From an uncultured Gemmataceae bacterium (lineage in GTDB: Bacteria > Planctomycetota > Planctomycetia > Gemmatales > Gemmataceae), in contig CAVVPN010000003.1 of NCBI GenBank assembly GCA_963750165.1, positions 1,280,001 through 1,344,000 on the forward strand: a stretch of DNA of 64,000 nucleotides. Reading direction: 5' to 3'. Shown piece after piece: positions 59,439 through 64,000 of this stretch; within the stretch, counting starts at the first letter, position 1, and each line of letters starts with the position of its first letter. Under the pieces are notes generated by a model. That model was given only the letters and a program-made list of their open reading frames with translations. It was not told the DNA's origin and did no database searches. The position numbers and the translations under genes are program-made.

Positions 59439-61793
59439 ATGCGGCCCGGTGTGTTCGTCCTCGCCGTCCTGTTCAGTGCAGCCGCCGCGCCGGCGCCCGC
59501 ACAACAGCCGGCGGTCCAGAAGCAACGCGATGCCCTGCTGGCACAGCTGAAGGACAGGCAGCCCGAGAAGCGGGTCCAGGCCGTCGCTGGCCTGGCGCAG
59601 TTGCCGGCGGCGGTCGCCGTGCCGGCGCTGGTCGGCGTGCTGTCGCTGCCCGACGAGGATGTGCGCGTGCATGCGGTGCTCGCCCTCGGCAGCCTCGGCA
59701 AGCCGGCGGTGGCGGCGCTGGAGCAGGCGCTGCGGCATGAGGACGAGGAGGTGCGTCTGTACGCCGCCTGGGGCCTGGGCCTGAACGGACCAGAGGCGAA
59801 GGCGGCGGTGCCGGCGTTGCGGATGGCGCTCAAGGACGCGGACGCCGACGTGCGTCGCAAGGCCGCCTGGGCGCTGGGCTGCGTCGCCCCGGACGACGGC
59901 ACGTTGGTGGCGCCCTTGCTTCAGCTCTGCCGGGAAAAGGACGCCGACGTGGCCGAGGACGCCCGGGACGCCCTGGCGAAATTCGGCAAGCGGGCGCTGC
60001 CGGCGCTGGCGAAATTGGTGAAAGCCCAGGAGACGTTCCACGCCGCCGCCGCAGTGCTGGTCCGCATGGCCGAGGAGGACCGAGGCAAGGCCGGCGATGA
60101 GGCCGCCGATCTATTCGTGTCCGCGGCCTGTGAGCGCGTCGCCCGCGGCCTCGACCCCGTGAGCGGTTTCATGGCCCTCTACCCAGATCCACGCAAGGTC
60201 GTGGGAACGAAAAATTTCCAGCCAATGCCCCTGCGCCAGGCGTACAGCCGGCTAGGAGGTCGAGCGGTGCCGGGGCTGGCGCGGGCCGCGGCACACGCCG
60301 ACCCCCTGGTGCGCACCCACGCCGCCCTGGGGCTCGGCCACGTCAGTTTCTGGCCCGGGGGGAGCAACAACGCACTCGACGTAGAGGCCGCCCGGAAAGT
60401 GTTCCTTCGCCTGGCCGCGGATGGAGACCCTCTCGTGGTGGCCGCCTGTGTGGCCGCCTCGGTTGGCCTCAGACTCGACCACCGGGAAAAGCGGGAGCGC
60501 GCGGCCCTGGAAAAGCTACTGCTGGCCGACAGCCTGACCACCGCCCAGGCGGCGAATCACGCCCTGGCGCACATCGGGCCCTTCGTGGACGAAGCGTGGA
60601 CAGACGAACTGCAGAAGCGGTTTGACGCGGCCAGGGGGGCGGAGCAAATCAAACTGGCGTGCCTGTTGCGAGACGACATGTCGGTGGCTATCATGCGCGC
60701 CGCCCTGAAGCACTCAGACGCCACGCTACGGCATCGGGCCGCCCTGGCGCTGGTTCGGATGGCGAGCCAGCCCTTGAAGGAATGGCCGGAAGTTAAGATC
60801 AACGACAAGGAGGGCCGCACCGTCCTGGTGCCGGTCTTCCTGGCGTCGCTGAAGCACAAGCAGGCGTGGCGGCGGGTGGAGGCAGCCGAGGGGTTGTCGC
60901 ACCTAAAGAGTTACAGTCAGGAGGTGCTGCCGGCGCTGCTGGTCGCGCTGAAGGACGGCGACTCGCGGGTTCGCGCGGCAGTGGCCCGGGGATTGGGGGG
61001 TTACAAGCGGAAAGCCGCCAAAAAAATCATGGCGGCGCTGGCGCCCCTGGTCACCGACGCATACGTCGATGTTCGACTTGCCCTATTCATCCCGTTGGAG
61101 TCGGCGAAGGCGGAAGTGTTGCCCTTGATAACGCGGCTCCTGGAGGACGGGCACGCCGATGTCCGCGACATGGCCTGGAGGCTCCTTGATGCGTTGCCCG
61201 ACGAGGCCAGGAAAACAACGCCGGCACTGTTCAAGGCCGTCTTGCAAAATCCGCCCGGCTTCCCCTTCTTGCGGAGGTTCCGCGTCACGAACGACGATTT
61301 CCCGAAGCTGCTGGCGATCCTGAGTGACCACGACGCGGAGGTTCGCCTGGCTCTGAAGCACACCGGCGTTGCCGGCGCCGACCCGGCGAAGGTGGTTGGC
61401 GGGCTGTTACGCGACCTGAACGACACGGACTCGAAGGTGGTCAGCCGCTGCGCCCATGCGCTGGAGCGGGTGCATGTGATTCTGTCATGGGAAAACAAGA
61501 CCCTGCTCAAGAAGAAGGGGGCCAAGGAGTCGATGGCCGCGGCAGTGACGCGGCACCTGGCATTGCTCAGGACGGGAAAGTCGGACCAACGGCCCCTGGC
61601 GACTGCCACGCTGGTGCAACTCCAGTCGCTACTGCGGGGGTTGTACCTGGTGAAAGGGCGGGAATTCCTGGAGGACAAGCACCTGGCCGCGCTCCGCACG
61701 GCCATTGATGAGGCCAGCGTTGACGCAGACCTTCGCGTCCGCCGGGAAGCGCGGAAGGGGCTCGTGGGTGTGGCGCGCGGCGGCGGGTTCTGA
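59439..61793 (+). CDS. Exported HEAT-repeat protein
   Basis: Signal peptide; repeated AVPAL...L.D.D..VR..AA.ALG units. Confidence 0.88.
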   Translation: MRPGVFVLAVLFSAAAAPAPAQQPAVQKQRDALLAQLKDRQPEKRVQAVAGLAQLPAAVAVPALVGVLSLPDEDVRVHAVLALGSLGKPAVAALEQALRHEDEEVRLYAAWGLGLNGPEAKAAVPALRMALKDADADVRRKAAWALGCVAPDDGTLVAPLLQLCREKDADVAEDARDALAKFGKRALPALAKLVKAQETFHAAAAVLVRMAEEDRGKAGDEAADLFVSAACERVARGLDPVSGFMALYPDPRKVVGTKNFQPMPLRQAYSRLGGRAVPGLARAAAHADPLVRTHAALGLGHVSFWPGGSNNALDVEAARKVFLRLAADGDPLVVAACVAASVGLRLDHREKRERAALEKLLLADSLTTAQAANHALAHIGPFVDEAWTDELQKRFDAARGAEQIKLACLLRDDMSVAIMRAALKHSDATLRHRAALALVRMASQPLKEWPEVKINDKEGRTVLVPVFLASLKHKQAWRRVEAAEGLSHLKSYSQEVLPALLVALKDGDSRVRAAVARGLGGYKRKAAKKIMAALAPLVTDAYVDVRLALFIPLESAKAEVLPLITRLLEDGHADVRDMAWRLLDALPDEARKTTPALFKAVLQNPPGFPFLRRFRVTNDDFPKLLAILSDHDAEVRLALKHTGVAGADPAKVVGGLLRDLNDTDSKVVSRCAHALERVHVILSWENKTLLKKKGAKESMAAAVTRHLALLRTGKSDQRPLATATLVQLQSLLRGLYLVKGREFLEDKHLAALRTAIDEASVDADLRVRREARKGLVGVARGGGF

Positions 61794-61850
61794 CGCAGTC
61801 TCCCAAGGGCCCGCCGCTTGCGGGGTAGCGTTGCGCCACCCGACACCACG

Positions 61851-62798
61851 CTATTCCCGACTGCCAATCAGGACGCCGGTGAGGAAGACCAGCACGCCGC
61901 CGACGACCACCTGAAAGATCGCTGAGGCCCAGGGCGTGTCCATGAAATAATGCCGAATCCACGCGATGACGCCCAGTTCCACCATGACCACGCCGACCGC
62001 CACCGCGATCGCCGTGTTCACGTCACGGATGAGGAATGGCATGGTATGGCCGAGTCCGCCCGCGGTGGTCATCAGGCCGCAGACCAGCCCCCGGATGAGC
62101 GGGCGGCCGCGACCGGTGAGGCTGCCGTCGTCGGACAGCGCCTCGGCGAACCCCATGCTGATGCCGGCCCCCAGGCTGGCGGCCAGGCCGACCAGGAAGG
62201 CGTCCCAACTTTTGTGGGTGGCGTACGCCGCGGCGAACAGCGGCGCCAGCGTCGAAACGGAGCCGTCCATCAACCCCGCCAATCCGGGCTGAATCACCTG
62301 CAGCACGAACAGGCGGCGCCGCGCCTCGGCGTCCTCTTCGGAGGGGGGAACGGCCTCCAGGCTCTCGGCGATCTGCGCGTGCTTGCGCTCCTCCTCGGCC
62401 AGGTCGCCGAGCAGCTGGCGGGTGCGCACATCGGCGGCCTTCTGCATGGCCCGCTCGTAAAAGCGCCGCGTCTCGATCTCCATCGTCTCGGCCTGCTTGC
62501 GCACCACCTGCAGCCCCAGTGGCCGCACCAGCCAGACGGGCCGGCGGTGGACGAAGCCCTTGACATCGTGGCGGCGGATGAGCGGGATGTGGTCGCCGAA
62601 GCGCTCACGGTACAGGTTCAACAGCCGGTGCCGGTGGCCGTCCTCCTGGGCGCGCATCTGCCGGAACTGCTCTGCGACCTCCGGGTAGTTCTCCTGCAAC
62701 CCGTCCGCGAAGTCGTCGTAGATGCGGGCGTCTTCTTCTTCGAGGGAGATCGCCAGGGCCAGGATTTCTTGCTCGCTCAGGCTACTGAAGGATCGCAT
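61851..62798 (-). CDS. mbfA: Iron exporter MbfA (rubrerythrin domain + VIT1/CCC1 domain)
   Basis: LAISLEEED, EDGH and EERKH di-iron motifs, QPGLAGLMDGSVSTLAP, GAGISMGFAEALSDDG. Confidence 0.93.
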   Translation of the reverse strand: MRSFSSLSEQEILALAISLEEEDARIYDDFADGLQENYPEVAEQFRQMRAQEDGHRHRLLNLYRERFGDHIPLIRRHDVKGFVHRRPVWLVRPLGLQVVRKQAETMEIETRRFYERAMQKAADVRTRQLLGDLAEEERKHAQIAESLEAVPPSEEDAEARRRLFVLQVIQPGLAGLMDGSVSTLAPLFAAAYATHKSWDAFLVGLAASLGAGISMGFAEALSDDGSLTGRGRPLIRGLVCGLMTTAGGLGHTMPFLIRDVNTAIAVAVGVVMVELGVIAWIRHYFMDTPWASAIFQVVVGGVLVFLTGVLIGSRE

Positions 62799-62842
62799 GC
62801 ACCGCCCTCATGGGTTTTGACAAACACGTCCGGGAACGGCGT

Positions 62843-62995
62843 CCGTTGTGGCCCGGTCTCCTGACCGGGCCACGGCTACGACCGAAGGTCTCCTGGAAGC
62901 CCGGGAGACCTTCGGTCGGAACCCGTGGCTTGGTCTGGAGACCAAGCCACAACGGGGGAGACCAAGCCACAACGGGGGTGGCGCCTGGGAACGAG
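62843..62995. repeat. REP cluster (GTGGC..GGTCTCC..GACC..GCCAC type) with central GACCGAAGGTCTCC hairpin and a duplicated end
   Basis: Multiple inverted repeats; direct duplication of ggagaccaagccacaacgggg. Confidence 0.85.
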
Positions 62996-62997
62996 AA

Positions 62998-64000
62998 CTA
63001 CGAACCAAAAGCCGGCGCCGCCGCGGCCCGACCATCCCGCCGCGCCCGCTCGCTCCGGCACACGTTGTCCTCGATCAGCCGCGCCAGCAGGGCGGTCCAG
63101 CCCGTCTGATGCGACGCCCCCAACCCGCGGCCGGTGTCGCCATCGAAATATTCGTGGAACAGCACCAGGTCGCGCCAGTGCGGGTCGTCTTCCAGTCCGG
63201 CCGGCGTCGCCTGGCTGGGCCGGCGGCCGTCCGCAGCCGGCAAGAACAGGTAGACCAACCGCGCCGACAGGTCGCGGGCCACCGCCCCCAACCGCAGCCG
63301 GCGGCCGGAGCCGGTCGGATACTCGACCTGCAAGGCGTCGCCGTAGAAGTGATCGTAGCGTTCCAGGGCCTCGATGAGCAGGTAGTTGATCGGGAACCAG
63401 ACCGGCCCGCGCCAGTTGCTGTTGCCGCCGAACATGCGGCTGTCCGACTCGCCCGGCACGTAAGCCACGCGCTGCTCGGTGCCGTCCAGCCGGAAGACGT
63501 AGGGGTGCTCGCGGTGGTAGCGCGACAGCGAGCGGATGCCGTGCGGCGAGAGGAATTCGTTCTCGTCCAGCATATGCCGCAAGACGCGCACCAGGCGTTC
63601 GCGGCTGGGCACGGCCAGCATGCGGTGCGAGTGCGACGGGCACCCCTCAACATCCATGTAGGTGACGTACTGGGCCAGGTCCTGGCGGTGCTCCAGCAGC
63701 CAGCGCGCCCGTTTGGCGAACCCTGGCAGCCGTTCGAGCACGTCCCGTTCCATCACCTCGGCGGCGATGAGCGGCATCAGACCGACCAGCGAGCGCACGC
63801 GCAGCGGCACCGGCGGCCGGCCGTCCAATCGCAGCTGGTCGTAATAGAAGCCGTCCTCCTCGTCCCACAGTCCGCTGCCGCCGAGCGTGTTCATCGCGTC
63901 GGTGATGGCGATGAAGTGCTCGAAGAATTTGGAGGCGATGTCCTCGTAAGCCGGGTTCTCGCGGGCCAGCTCGAAGGCCATGCCGAGCATGGTCGTGCAG
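62998..64000 (-). CDS. MGH1/GH63-like glucosidase, C-terminal part (5' end outside window)
   Basis: KFFEHF, LWDEEDGFYYD, EFLSPHGIRSLS, FGGNSNWRGPVWFP, FHEYFDGDTGRGLGASHQTGWT. Confidence 0.93.
   Translation of the reverse strand, partial: CTTMLGMAFELARENPAYEDIASKFFEHFIAITDAMNTLGGSGLWDEEDGFYYDQLRLDGRPPVPLRVRSLVGLMPLIAAEVMERDVLERLPGFAKRARWLLEHRQDLAQYVTYMDVEGCPSHSHRMLAVPSRERLVRVLRHMLDENEFLSPHGIRSLSRYHREHPYVFRLDGTEQRVAYVPGESDSRMFGGNSNWRGPVWFPINYLLIEALERYDHFYGDALQVEYPTGSGRRLRLGAVARDLSARLVYLFLPAADGRRPSQATPAGLEDDPHWRDLVLFHEYFDGDTGRGLGASHQTGWTALLARLIEDNVCRSERARRDGRAAAAPAFGS

Overview
A 64-kb, high-GC chromosomal segment that is very probably from a planctomycete of the Gemmataceae type. This is inferred from an N-terminal 'LEELEDRCVPA' extracellular-protein motif, two DUF1080 proteins, 'GDPLP..RLG' WD40 modules, a HEAT-repeat protein and dense REP-like palindromes. 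Recognisable genes are an RND pump and its adaptor, hemC, hslVU, two tandem vWA paralogues, a CtpE-like P-type ATPase, a FadJ/FadB-type beta-oxidation enzyme, a type III glutamine synthetase, mbfA, an MlrC-type peptidase and a GH63-like glucosidase. I recognised no rRNA, tRNA, CRISPR array or transposase. About eight genes are broken by single-base indels in G/C contexts, most likely sequencing or assembly errors. Three things stand out. (1) An ECF sigma factor is followed by a 1946-aa protein that fuses a zinc-binding anti-sigma domain to a complete alpha-2-macroglobulin with an intact CxEQ thioester motif and a transmembrane hairpin inside its bait region; this is a candidate protease-sensing signalling system. 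(2) Small non-coding elements are nested: TA- and TTA-duplicating MITEs carry REP doublets and sit inside other REP elements, up to four layers deep. (3) A ferredoxin / di-heme peroxidase-family / aquaporin / DUF3501 operon has an aquaporin with an unusual Q-V-A-R filter and may handle peroxide. All family assignments come from reading motifs by eye, without database searches.
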